Source of the DNA: an uncultured Thermoplasmata archaeon
GTDB lineage: Archaea; Thermoplasmatota; Thermoplasmata; Lutacidiplasmatales; UBA184
Length of the DNA stretch: 64,000 nt
Direction: 5' to 3'
Assembly: GCA_963804525.1 (NCBI GenBank)
Contig: CAWDQO010000006.1
Span: 410,500 to 474,499, forward strand
This document shows positions 51,216 through 59,506 of the stretch, in pieces (position 1 is the stretch's first letter; each line of letters starts with the position of its first letter). Both the position numbers and the translations under genes were made by a program. The notes beneath the pieces are model-generated. The model had not been told where the DNA came from and searched no databases. It saw only the letters and a list, made by a program, of their open reading frames with translations.

Positions 51216-53047
51216 CCGGCTTCGGAGTCGCACTGTGGGCGTCGCCCTGGTGTTTCGGCACCGAACTTCCTGAGATCTTCCGGCCGACGGAAATGACGAG
51301 CAGCACTCCGGCGCCAATCTTTGGGGCGGAACTCGCCGACAAGTTCGGGCTCGTGGCTGAGGAGTTGCTGTACGGACCACACGCTTCGGGGGTCGCCCTC
51401 TCGCGTAAGCTGAGCGACGGTCGAATCGCGTCGGAGAAGGGACGCCTCCTCGACGCGGGGCAACGACTTCGAGCCGACGGCCTCACGAGCGAGCAGGCGT
51501 ACGTCGCCGTTCGCGACCGAGAACTTCCCAACCCGGCCTCCACCCTCCTGTTGCTCCCGGCCGAGTTCCCGTCGGTACTTTGGGTGCCGACCCCCCAGGG
51601 CCCAGGGAGCGCGCGCCCGGCAGGATTCGTCGAACACCTTCTCGCGAAGTCCGTCTTCGCGGCCCCGACGGACACGTTCTCCGGGGCCGGATACGAGCTC
51701 CTTCGCTACGTGGATGGCGTCTACGTCGACGGGGCGAAGGCGTTCGTGCACGCCGAGACCGAGCGGGCCCACAAGAGCATCGGACGGACAGCGAGGGCGG
51801 GGTTCGCCGAGGAACTCGCAAAGGCAGTTGCCCGACGGTCGATGGTGGCCCGCGACCGACTAAATCCTCCGGGCCAGCTGAACCTCACGAATGGGGTGCT
51901 GAACGTCGATCGCGGGCTACTGACGCCCCATACCCCGGTGCTCCGTTTCACGCACAAGCTCCCGACGGCGTTCGACCCGTCAGCGGAGTGTCCTCGATTC
52001 ATCGAATTCCTAAGCGAGGTCCTTCCGGGAGACCTTCATCGCCGCGAAATCCAGAAACTCTTCGGCTACTGCTTCGTTCCCGGGAACCCGTACCAAGTCG
52101 GGCACCTCTTCGTAGGAGACGGCAACAACGGCAAGTCGACCGTGATCGGCGTCCTCACGGACCTCCTCGGCCCGGAGAACGTCGCGGCCGAGACCCTCCA
52201 AGCCCTCAACGAGAACAAGTTCTCGTCGGCGAAACTCTACGGGAAACTCCTCAACGCGTTCGCCGATCTCCCGAGCAATCCGCTCAAGCAGACCTCGACG
52301 TTCAAGACCCTCACCGGTGGCGACCAAGTCCGCGCGGAGCTCAAGTTCGGCGCGATTTTCTACTTCTACAACTCGGCGAAGTTGGTCTTCAGCGCGAATG
52401 ACCTCCCCGAGGTCAGCGAGCGAACGAAGGCGTTCTGGCGCCGTTGGCAACTCGTCCCATTCGAGCAGGACCTCACGGGGAGAGAGAACCGTCACCTCCG
52501 GGAGGATCTCCGCCTCGAGTCTTCGGGGATCTTGAACTGGTCCCTGGAGGGAGTCCGCTTGCTCCGGGCGGATGGTGGATTCGACCCACGCCTCGGCGGC
52601 GAGAGCGTGACCGCCGAATGGCGGCGGCGGAGCGACACGCTTGCCTGGTTCGTTGCCGAGTGTGTCGAACGGGACCCGGACGGCTACGTCCCGAAGGAGG
52701 ACTTCTACGAGGCCTACGTCGAATTCTCCGCCGCCAACCGCGCTTCAGCGAAGTCTCCGGAGGTCGTCGGAAAGGAGCTGGCTCGCCACCTACCTCAAGT
52801 CCGGACTCAGAAGCGTCGGCTGGAACCTGGTGGGCCGGAAGTGCGGGGATGGCGCGGAATCCGGCTTAAGTCGGAACACCCCGCCTCGCCTGCCTCACCC
52901 GCCTCAGCAGCACGACCTGAGGCAGGTGAGGCGAGTGAGGCAGGGTCCTCCCGACTAAGACTCAATGCCGACCCTGAGGACCTTCTGGCCGGAGTCGAAA
53001 CGCGCGGCGACCGAGCGCGTCGGGGTCTGGGGTCCGGCGGAACGTGA
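51212..53047 (+). CDS. Phage/plasmid primase-helicase (P4/D5 family, SF3 NTPase domain)
   Basis: GTG follows AGGAG. The sequence NLTNGVLNV...PRFIEFLSEVLPGD...LQKLFGYCF...FVGDGNNGKSTV...KLVFSANDLP...FWRRWQLVPF is the P4-family primase C-terminal / D5-like pattern. Confidence 0.8.
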   Translation: MTGFGVALWASPWCFGTELPEIFRPTEMTSSTPAPIFGAELADKFGLVAEELLYGPHASGVALSRKLSDGRIASEKGRLLDAGQRLRADGLTSEQAYVAVRDRELPNPASTLLLLPAEFPSVLWVPTPQGPGSARPAGFVEHLLAKSVFAAPTDTFSGAGYELLRYVDGVYVDGAKAFVHAETERAHKSIGRTARAGFAEELAKAVARRSMVARDRLNPPGQLNLTNGVLNVDRGLLTPHTPVLRFTHKLPTAFDPSAECPRFIEFLSEVLPGDLHRREIQKLFGYCFVPGNPYQVGHLFVGDGNNGKSTVIGVLTDLLGPENVAAETLQALNENKFSSAKLYGKLLNAFADLPSNPLKQTSTFKTLTGGDQVRAELKFGAIFYFYNSAKLVFSANDLPEVSERTKAFWRRWQLVPFEQDLTGRENRHLREDLRLESSGILNWSLEGVRLLRADGGFDPRLGGESVTAEWRRRSDTLAWFVAECVERDPDGYVPKEDFYEAYVEFSAANRASAKSPEVVGKELARHLPQVRTQKRRLEPGGPEVRGWRGIRLKSEHPASPASPASAARPEAGEASEAGSSRLRLNADPEDLLAGVETRGDRARRGLGSGGT

Positions 53048-53229
53048 CCGGTGCAACGGCCCAGCCGCCTTCGCCGGTGGCACCGGCGCTTCCGTTTGGC
53101 CGGCCCCAATGCCGTGCACCGCCTCCCCGAGCCCAGGTCGCCGAACGTTGCGCTCCACTTCCATCCGGGGCGTGGTCGGTACCTCTGCGACCAGTCGTAC
53201 GTCCATGGACGCCGCCGGCATTTCATCCG

Positions 53230-54044
53230 GGAGTCGTACGGCTCCGAGCGACGGCGCTGTTCGCTCCCGAGCTCCGGTCCGGCCTTGCGGAGGACGTTCT
53301 CCCCCGGCTCGATGGGGAATCGTTCGACCTGATCTATCTCGACCCCCCATACGGGACCACCTCCGCGGAGTGGGATCGAGTTCCAGACTGGAACTGGCTC
53401 GGCGACGAGACGGCGCGCCTACTTCGCCCGTCGGGCCAGGTCGTATTCCACGGCTCGGGCGCGATGGCCCTGGAGGCCGCGGCCACGTTCCTGGGGCACC
53501 TCGAGCATCGGTTCCAGATTGTTTGGGTGAAGGGCCGGACGGGCGGCCCCTTGCGGAGCTCCCCCTGGATCTCCGATTACGAGCCACTCCGGGCACACGA
53601 GATGATTCACGTCTTCAAGCGGAGGGGCGCGAGGACTGGCGACCTGACGTTCAACCTCGGGGCGATGCACCGCCGGGGCAAGCCCTGGCGCGGGATCAAG
53701 TGGCACGGCCCGACCCACCATGAGTCGTACGGGGAGGGGGCTCAGAGTACTCCTCGGACGGCTGGCGGTATCCGGTGGACGTGGTCTTCTCGTCCCCCTC
53801 GACCGAGGGAGACCTTTTCGCCGCCAAGCCCGAGGACCTCGTCACCCTCCTGCTCGCGACCCTCACCAAAGCCGGAGACCGCGTCCTGGACCCCTACGCG
53901 GGCTCCGGGACCACCCTGCGCGTTTGCCACAAGCTCGGGCGGCGGGCGCTCGGGATCGAGGCTTCGCCGCGGTCGTGGGCCATCCTGAGGCGGAACGTGG
54001 CCGGATTGAGGGGCTCCGCAAAGGGTCCGGGAGGCACTCGATGA
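53230..54044 (+). CDS. Island-encoded beta-class N6-adenine/N4-cytosine DNA methyltransferase with one frame shift near 53765; start approximate
   Basis: [11 protein letters not shown] (motif IV) is in ORF 53044..53988. AAKPEDLV...VLDPYAGSGTTLRV (motif I) is in ORF 53775..54044. Confidence 0.7.
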
Positions 54045-54246
54045 ACCCCTCCGTAGTTTCCGGAACTACGAAATCTGCCCTCATCACTGGATCCAGGCCC
54101 GGACACATTGGAACTCCTCCGGACGGCCAGGAACCGCGGAACCGTCACGTCACACAGGACGGAAACTTCCGGAGAGGGCGACCGACGAGGATTCCGCGTG
54201 ATTCCGGGAGGGCTCCAGAGTGATGACGGACGCCGAAGAGGCTCGG

Positions 54247-54582
54247 CTACTCGCTTCGCCCGGCGGTCGTGAGCCGCTGCGAACGAATGAGCCGGCGATA
54301 CTTGACCGTCAGGAGCACGGAGCCCGCGAATCCAACGATGAGCGGCCCGATTCCAACGGTAACGTAGAACAATCCGGTCTGGCCCTCGGGCTGGGCGATT
54401 CCCGGCGACAAGCAGGCGGTGTGGCCGTTGCACGGCCCGGCGGCCGCCACCATCGCGTCCGAGGCGGCGATGAGGCCGAAGCCGTATCCGGTGACGAGGA
54501 TGCCGACCCACGCGAGGGTGAACGCAACCGCCAGCCCGATGAGAAGCCGTTTTTCCGGGCGGACAGAGGGCGCTCCATGTGC
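54247..54582 (-). CDS. Small membrane protein; probable frame shift at a T5/A5 run near 54550
   Basis: ORF 54247..54453 (GLFYVTVGIGPLIVGFAGSVLLTV) extends upstream in the same frame as LLIGLAVAFTLAWVGILVTGYGFGLIAAS. It reaches the ATG at 54582 only after a 1-nt correction. Third codon positions are strongly G/C-biased. Confidence 0.3.
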   Translation of the reverse strand, partial: AHGAPSVRPEKRLLIGLAVAFTLAWVGILVTGYGFGLIAASDAMVAAAGPCNGHTACLSPGIAQPEGQTGLFYVTVGIGPLIVGFAGSVLLTVKYRRLIRSQRLTTAGRSE

Positions 54583-54754
54583 TTCGACAACCCCACGGAG
54601 GCATAGGGGAACCGGCAGAAGGGACTTCCGCGGGGCGAGGGACTGGGTGACGGGCGAGCGAGCGGCGATCTACCTTCGGGCCTCGACCGGGGACCATGCC
54701 CTCCCTGCCTGTGGCCGGATTGGCCGCTTCCCGGCCACCTCGAGTGCCGAGATT

Positions 54755-55066
54755 TCAGAACAGGAAGCCCGTCGCCAATGCAACCCCGATGGCAGTGACT
54801 ATTCCTCCAACGACAAGGACAACGAGGGCCACCTCGACCCCGGCGGGTCCTTGGGGTCCTCGGGGAGAAATGACGGTGGGCAGCACCTGACCCTGCCGAA
54901 ACCTCGAACGGACGATCATCACGGTGCCGATGACGACCGTCGTGATGCCGATGATCAAGACTGCCCGAATCAACTCCTCCAATGCACACCACAGGCCGGG
55001 ACGCGCCGGTTGCCGACCTTCGGGAATAGAGCCTGAACGGAGTATGACGCTTTCCAACCTGGGCAA
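54755..55066 (-). CDS. Small 2-TM membrane protein; start uncertain
   Basis: AVLIIGITTVVIGTVMIV and VALVVLVVGGIVTAIGVALATGFLF. Confidence 0.3.
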   Translation of the reverse strand: MPRLESVILRSGSIPEGRQPARPGLWCALEELIRAVLIIGITTVVIGTVMIVRSRFRQGQVLPTVISPRGPQGPAGVEVALVVLVVGGIVTAIGVALATGFLF

Positions 55067-55733
55067 GCCGTGCGTCGCCCTCTACTTGCGCGTCTCCACT
55101 GAGGACCAGGACCTCGCCGGCCAGGACCGGGATCTGCGAGCGGAGGCAGCCCGCCGCGGCTGGGAGGTTGCCGAGGTCTACTCCGAGAAGGTCTCGGGGA
55201 CGGGGCGGGTCGAACGGGAAGAATACGACCGGCTGCTCCGGGACGCCACGCGGCCCAATCGGGGCTGGAGCATCCTCCTGGTCTGGGCCCTGGACCGCTG
55301 GAGCCGCGAGGAGCGGTTCGACCGCGCGGTGGGGTCAATCCTCGACTTGGAAAAGGCTGCGGTGAGTTTCCAAAGCCTGAAGGAACCATACCTGTCAACA
55401 CCCTCGACAGACGACGCCCACGCAGCGTTCGCCCGGAACCTGCTGCTGGGGGTCACGACCTCGGTCGCCGCCTTCGAGTCCCGGAGGAAGTCCGAACGGG
55501 TTCGGGTCGCCATGCGGGAGATTCGGGAGGGGCGGCGACCCACTCGCTCCGGGCGGCCCCCTGGACGCCCCCGGCGGGTTACACCGGAGAAAACTGGGCG
55601 GATCCTCGAGCTCCGCCGCCAGGGCCTCAAGTGGCGCGAGGTGGCGGGTCACGTAGGTCTCCCCGCGGGGACGTGCGCCTCGGTTTGGTCGAAGACCCAG
55701 CGGGCGTTGCCAAAGGTGGATTCCGGCGTTTGA
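55044..55733 (+). CDS. Serine recombinase (resolvase/invertase family) with a C-terminal HTH
   Basis: The internal ATG is at 55044. VALYLRVSTEDQDLAGQ (catalytic Ser motif), LLVWALDRWSR, and the C-terminal LELRRQGLKWREVAGHVGL. Confidence 0.8.
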   Translation: MTLSNLGKPCVALYLRVSTEDQDLAGQDRDLRAEAARRGWEVAEVYSEKVSGTGRVEREEYDRLLRDATRPNRGWSILLVWALDRWSREERFDRAVGSILDLEKAAVSFQSLKEPYLSTPSTDDAHAAFARNLLLGVTTSVAAFESRRKSERVRVAMREIREGRRPTRSGRPPGRPRRVTPEKTGRILELRRQGLKWREVAGHVGLPAGTCASVWSKTQRALPKVDSGV

Positions 55734-55803
55734 CCGGAGCCCTTCGCTCCCTGTCAGAGTAGGAAGGCCCCCCATAGGACGGCGGACGGGTAGGGCTCCC
55801 CCC

Positions 55804-56018
55804 GGATGTTACGGCTGGGGTGTCCCCGTTAGTCGATTTGCGCACGTTTTGGGCGATTCCTTGCACGGACCGGTCCGCGGAGTAGTCCCGGACGGACCCC
55901 CTTACCAGTCTCGGGGAGTGTAAAGGCCCCCTGAGGAAGGAGGACGGATCGGCCACAGTCCAGATGTTACGGCTGGGTAGTCCCCGTCAGAGAGTCCGTA
56001 CGCGAGTTGGGCGATTCT
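55804..56018. repeat. Two copies of a 57-bp module (55804-55860, 55962-56018), 158 bp apart, just downstream of the serine recombinase gene
   Basis: The conserved ends are GATGTTACGGCTGGG..GTCCCCGT and TTGGGCGATTC. About 40/57 positions are identical overall. Confidence 0.7.
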
Positions 56019-56413
56019 GATCACCCTGGACCGCGGAGCAGACCGGACCGGACTGTCGGATGGGGTCCGGAAGGAGTCCTCTCCCTACGGACGGGGGGCC
56101 GACCCGCGGTTTACGGCCGATTGCGTGACGCATGTTTCTGACGGCATGGCGCGCTCGGAAGTTCTACCGGTAAGATCGGACTGGTCTGCCCCACTTCGAA
56201 ATTTCCGATGCGTCCGTGTCGATTAGCCCCATTTGGCCGGAAATGGGGCGAGACCCGTGAAGGCTCTTGCCGATTACGAGCTCGGAGCTCCGGGGGCGGG
56301 GGTACAAACGCCCCGGACGCGGTTCGGTGACGGTTAGGGCGCGGTTCGACCGCGGTTAGGCTTGGGATCCTTGTGGGGAAATGATACACCAAGGGTAGGA
56401 TTGCGCCGACGGC

Positions 56414-56668
56414 ATGCACCTCCGAGCTTGGCGCCTGTTCCCAATGCTGCTCGGGTTCTTCGCTGGCGGGCTGATCCTGTCCGGTGTCGTGTTTGGGACC
56501 GGGCGGCTCGGAGACGGAGTCGGGGGAGCGAGCCAGAGCGTCTTGTCCGGGGTCGTTTTCGCGACGATGGGGGTAGCCGTGCTCGGCGTTGCGATTTGGC
56601 GGGCGTGGTGGAACCACCAAGTCCCGCGCGGGTCAGACCTCGAGGCCCAGCTCGACGGGCCACCTTGA
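56414..56668 (+). CDS. Small 2-3 TM membrane protein
   Basis: MHLRAWRLFPMLLGFFAGGLILSGVVFG...VVFATMGVAVLGVAIW, with good third-position G/C bias. Confidence 0.4.
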   Translation: MHLRAWRLFPMLLGFFAGGLILSGVVFGTGRLGDGVGGASQSVLSGVVFATMGVAVLGVAIWRAWWNHQVPRGSDLEAQLDGPP

Positions 56669-56718
56669 CGACCTCTTCGGGCCCCAGGACTCGATCCGAA
56701 CCCGATCTCGCTCTCGAC

Positions 56719-56949
56719 GTGCCGCTTTCAAGGAGGCTCCTGCGCTGGGACAGCCCCCTCTACCCTTGCTCGAGCTTGGCCCTCGCGTGGCTCCTCCTGG
56801 TCCAGTACATCTTCGGAGCCGACCGACTCTACGAGTATCTCGGGGCGTTTTGGGGTGGCGTTGGAATCGCGGCCTCGGTTGTCTACGGGCTGGGCTTCCG
56901 GTGGCGGTTCCAAGCGGCCAGTCGGGCGAGAGGTGGCCTGCGTCGGTAG
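56719..56949 (+). CDS. Small membrane protein (GTG start, uncertain)
   Basis: SSLALAWLLLVQYIF...GAFWGGVGIAASVVYGLGF, in the tail of ORF 56362..56949. Confidence 0.25.
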   Translation: MPLSRRLLRWDSPLYPCSSLALAWLLLVQYIFGADRLYEYLGAFWGGVGIAASVVYGLGFRWRFQAASRARGGLRR

Positions 56950-57087
56950 CGCGTCGTAGGCGGTCGGGTCTAGGTCCCACCTTTGAGAACTCCGACCTTT
57001 CGCAAGGGTCGGGCCGTCGGGCGTGTCAGGCTCGCTTGACAAGGGACCGGTTTCAAGAGCGCACGACTTCTGGCGGTTCGCCGGCCA

Positions 57088-57801
57088 ATGGTCGGCAGGA
57101 CCTTTCGAGTGGCAGCGAACTGCGTCTGGTGTCACCAGGGGGGCATGAAGGTCGGAAGTTTCTGCGAGCTCTGCGAGGCCCCGGATTGGGACTCGGAGCC
57201 CGACCTCAGAAGGTATATCGCGGAAACCGAGGAGTATCTCATCCTGGAGGAGCGGCACGTAGTGGGAGACGTGATCGTCCTTGAGCTCAGGCAACCCCCA
57301 CCTTTCGGGCAGACCGCAACACTCCGCTTGCCCTACAGGACGAGGAGCGACTACGTCCACATGAAGGGCACATCGTCTCTTGAGACCGGGAGAGGATGGT
57401 TGATCAAGTTCAGTCCCCCACCATCCGGAATGACGGCGTGGCGGGTCGCGAACTTTCGGCCAGGTCCCGAGCAATTCGAAATCCCCCTGGGCCGGACGAT
57501 TTGGGGGATTCCTATGCGGGCCCAATTCAACCCGCACCCGTCGTGGGAGCTGAAGTCAGGAATCGAGCGGTGCCAGAGGCACGCATGGGCTTTCCGGGCA
57601 GGGCGGGAGGCCTATGATATCAACGCATTCGCCGAGCGGATGCCCTGCACCTGCGGCCCGGGGTGCGACCTCTGCGAGATTGGGTTAAAGTTCGCCGAAG
57701 ACCGCCATAGACGGGGCAGCGACGGCACCAACTTCTGGACCGACCTGATGGCGACGGCGGCGCGGTGGGACGACATGATGCGCGAGCGCGCCCGGGCTTA
57801 G
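57088..57801 (+). CDS. Hypothetical protein with an N-terminal CxxC...CxxC zinc-ribbon and a C-terminal Cys cluster
   Basis: Intact 237-aa ORF with CVWCHQGGMKVGSFCELC and CTCGPGCDLC. No family was recognised. Confidence 0.5.
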   Translation: MVGRTFRVAANCVWCHQGGMKVGSFCELCEAPDWDSEPDLRRYIAETEEYLILEERHVVGDVIVLELRQPPPFGQTATLRLPYRTRSDYVHMKGTSSLETGRGWLIKFSPPPSGMTAWRVANFRPGPEQFEIPLGRTIWGIPMRAQFNPHPSWELKSGIERCQRHAWAFRAGREAYDINAFAERMPCTCGPGCDLCEIGLKFAEDRHRRGSDGTNFWTDLMATAARWDDMMRERARA

Positions 57802-57887
57802 GGCGCGGTTCGGAACCAACCCACTGTCGAACATCCTCTGACGGCGTGCGATGGTGAGCGCCTCTCCCACGTCTCATCAAATTGGCT

Positions 57888-59448
57888 CTAGGAGCTTGTC
57901 TCCCTACACCGATCGCATCGACGTGAGCGCTCACTCACTGTGAGCCGGCCTTCCGCCCGCCTCCGCGGAAGTCGCCTCAGCCGAGCCGCGCCCGATGGAT
58001 CTTTCGCAGATTGTGCGCGAGGCACCCGAGGAACCACTCGCCCCGGACCTTCCGATGTCCTCGGAGGAGGAACTGGCGGAACCGCTGCGCCTCTTTCATC
58101 TGTCCGAACACCGACTCCACGATCGCCTTCCGTCTCCGATAGTGGGTTCGCCCTCGCCGACCCCGGATCCCTCTCCGCCTCGCCGCGGCGAACGTCTCCC
58201 CGTTCGGCGGACGACCCCGCCGACACCGCTCGCGCTCCTCCCTCTTCCCGCGCCCCGGAGGACAGGACACCTCGACCCCTCGTCCCTCCACCGCTCGGAT
58301 CCCAGCCTCGCTGAAGTACCCTGAATCGGCGAGCAGCTTCTCGGGGCGCCGGCCCAGCTGTGCCACGATCGAATCGAGCATCGGCACGAGGTGACGTTGG
58401 TCGGGGGCCGCTGTCATCACCTCGGCCCCGACGATAATCTGGTGCGCCTCGTCCACCGCCGCCTGACAGTTGTAGCCCTGGAGGAACGCTCCCTTGTTTC
58501 CTCCGTCCGGGATGATGCGCGACTCCGGGTCCGTGAAGTTCCGCTGAGCCTTGGCATCCACCGAGGGAGGGGGAGACCCTCCGCCTTCCTTCGGCGGCTC
58601 GGTTCCGCCGGACCTCTCCGATTCGGTACCGGTGTCCACGATGACTCTGCCTCGAGCCTCTTCCTTGAGGGCGAGCTTCGCCGCTCGAATCTTCGCCAGC
58701 CGGTCGCGATGGAACTTCAGCTCCTCCGGAAGATCCTTCGGGCGCTTCCCGTGGCCATACTCGGCGTCCTCTTCGAGGTCGACCTTCCGAGCCTCGGCGA
58801 AGAGCTGGCGCACCTTGCTCTGGAGCTCCCGCTCCCGCACGAGCATCCGCCCGTAGCTCATCGCTTTATGTTTGGAGGCGTGGGCTCGGACCTTCGTCCC
58901 GTCGATTGCCACGCGTCCCATCTTGACGAGCCCGAGCCGCTCGGCGACCTTCAGCCCCTGGATGAACAGCCCCTCGAGGACGTCGAGGTTCCGCTCCCGG
59001 AACCTCGCGATGGTGTTGTGGTCCGGGTGCTGGTTCGCGGCGAGGTAGCGGAAGGCGACGTCCTCGAAGGTGGCGCGCTCGATCTTGCGGGAGGAGCGCA
59101 CACCGATGGCGTAGCCATAGACGAGGAGCTTGGTGAGCATCCTGGGGTGGAGCGCCGGGTGGCCGCCCTCGGCGTTGCGGTATCGCTCGAGGAGCGGGGT
59201 GAGATCGAGCGACTCCTCGACGACCTCGGAGATGAAGCGGGCGAGATGATCCTCCGGAAGCCAGTCCTCCAGATTGGGCGGGAGAAGGAGGCTCTGCTTC
59301 GGGTCGTAGCGGGTGAAGACCGGCGCATGCTCGTCCTCGGGAGGCATGCGACCGGGGAACGGCTCCCCGGATTTATGTACGCCGGTCCATCAGCGGGAAT
59401 CCCACCAATTTAATCGAGGCACCAGGCCGTAGTGAGACAAGCTCCTAG
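57888..59448. mobile_element. IS1182-family insertion sequence (1561 bp) with 20-bp terminal inverted repeats
   Basis: The left IR CTAGGAGCTTGTCTCCCTAC (57888-57907) matches the reverse complement of 59429-59448 at 19/20 positions. It encloses the transposase ORF. No clear target duplication was seen. Confidence 0.8.
57977..59347 (-). CDS. IS1182-family (IS5-superfamily) DDE transposase, intact
   Basis: MPPEDEHAPVFTRYDPKQSLLLPPNLEDWLPEDHLARFI (the DUF772-type N-terminus), VAIDGTKV, LLADSGYFS, ESVFGQMK. Confidence 0.85.
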   Translation of the reverse strand: MPPEDEHAPVFTRYDPKQSLLLPPNLEDWLPEDHLARFISEVVEESLDLTPLLERYRNAEGGHPALHPRMLTKLLVYGYAIGVRSSRKIERATFEDVAFRYLAANQHPDHNTIARFRERNLDVLEGLFIQGLKVAERLGLVKMGRVAIDGTKVRAHASKHKAMSYGRMLVRERELQSKVRQLFAEARKVDLEEDAEYGHGKRPKDLPEELKFHRDRLAKIRAAKLALKEEARGRVIVDTGTESERSGGTEPPKEGGGSPPPSVDAKAQRNFTDPESRIIPDGGNKGAFLQGYNCQAAVDEAHQIIVGAEVMTAAPDQRHLVPMLDSIVAQLGRRPEKLLADSGYFSEAGIRAVEGRGVEVSCPPGRGKREERERCRRGRPPNGETFAAARRRGIRGRRGRTHYRRRKAIVESVFGQMKEAQRFRQFLLRGHRKVRGEWFLGCLAHNLRKIHRARLG

Positions 59449-59506
59449 GACAGGACGTTCCTCCCCCCGAAGGGAGCCTTAAGGCGCGCCGGGAATCAGG
59501 TCCATC

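Noticed and set aside
54220-54606. Plus-strand ORF 54220..54606 (128 aa).
   Set aside because: The opposite strand shows much stronger third-position G/C bias and encodes clear TM helices. The plus-strand product is charged and low-complexity.
56334-57812. 15-mer TTAGGGCGCGGTTCG repeated at 56334-56348 and 57798-57812, as possible element ends.
   Set aside because: One or two exact 15-mer repeats are expected by chance in 64 kb of biased composition. There are no adjacent inverted repeats or recombinase. It is noted only as context for ORF 57088..57801.
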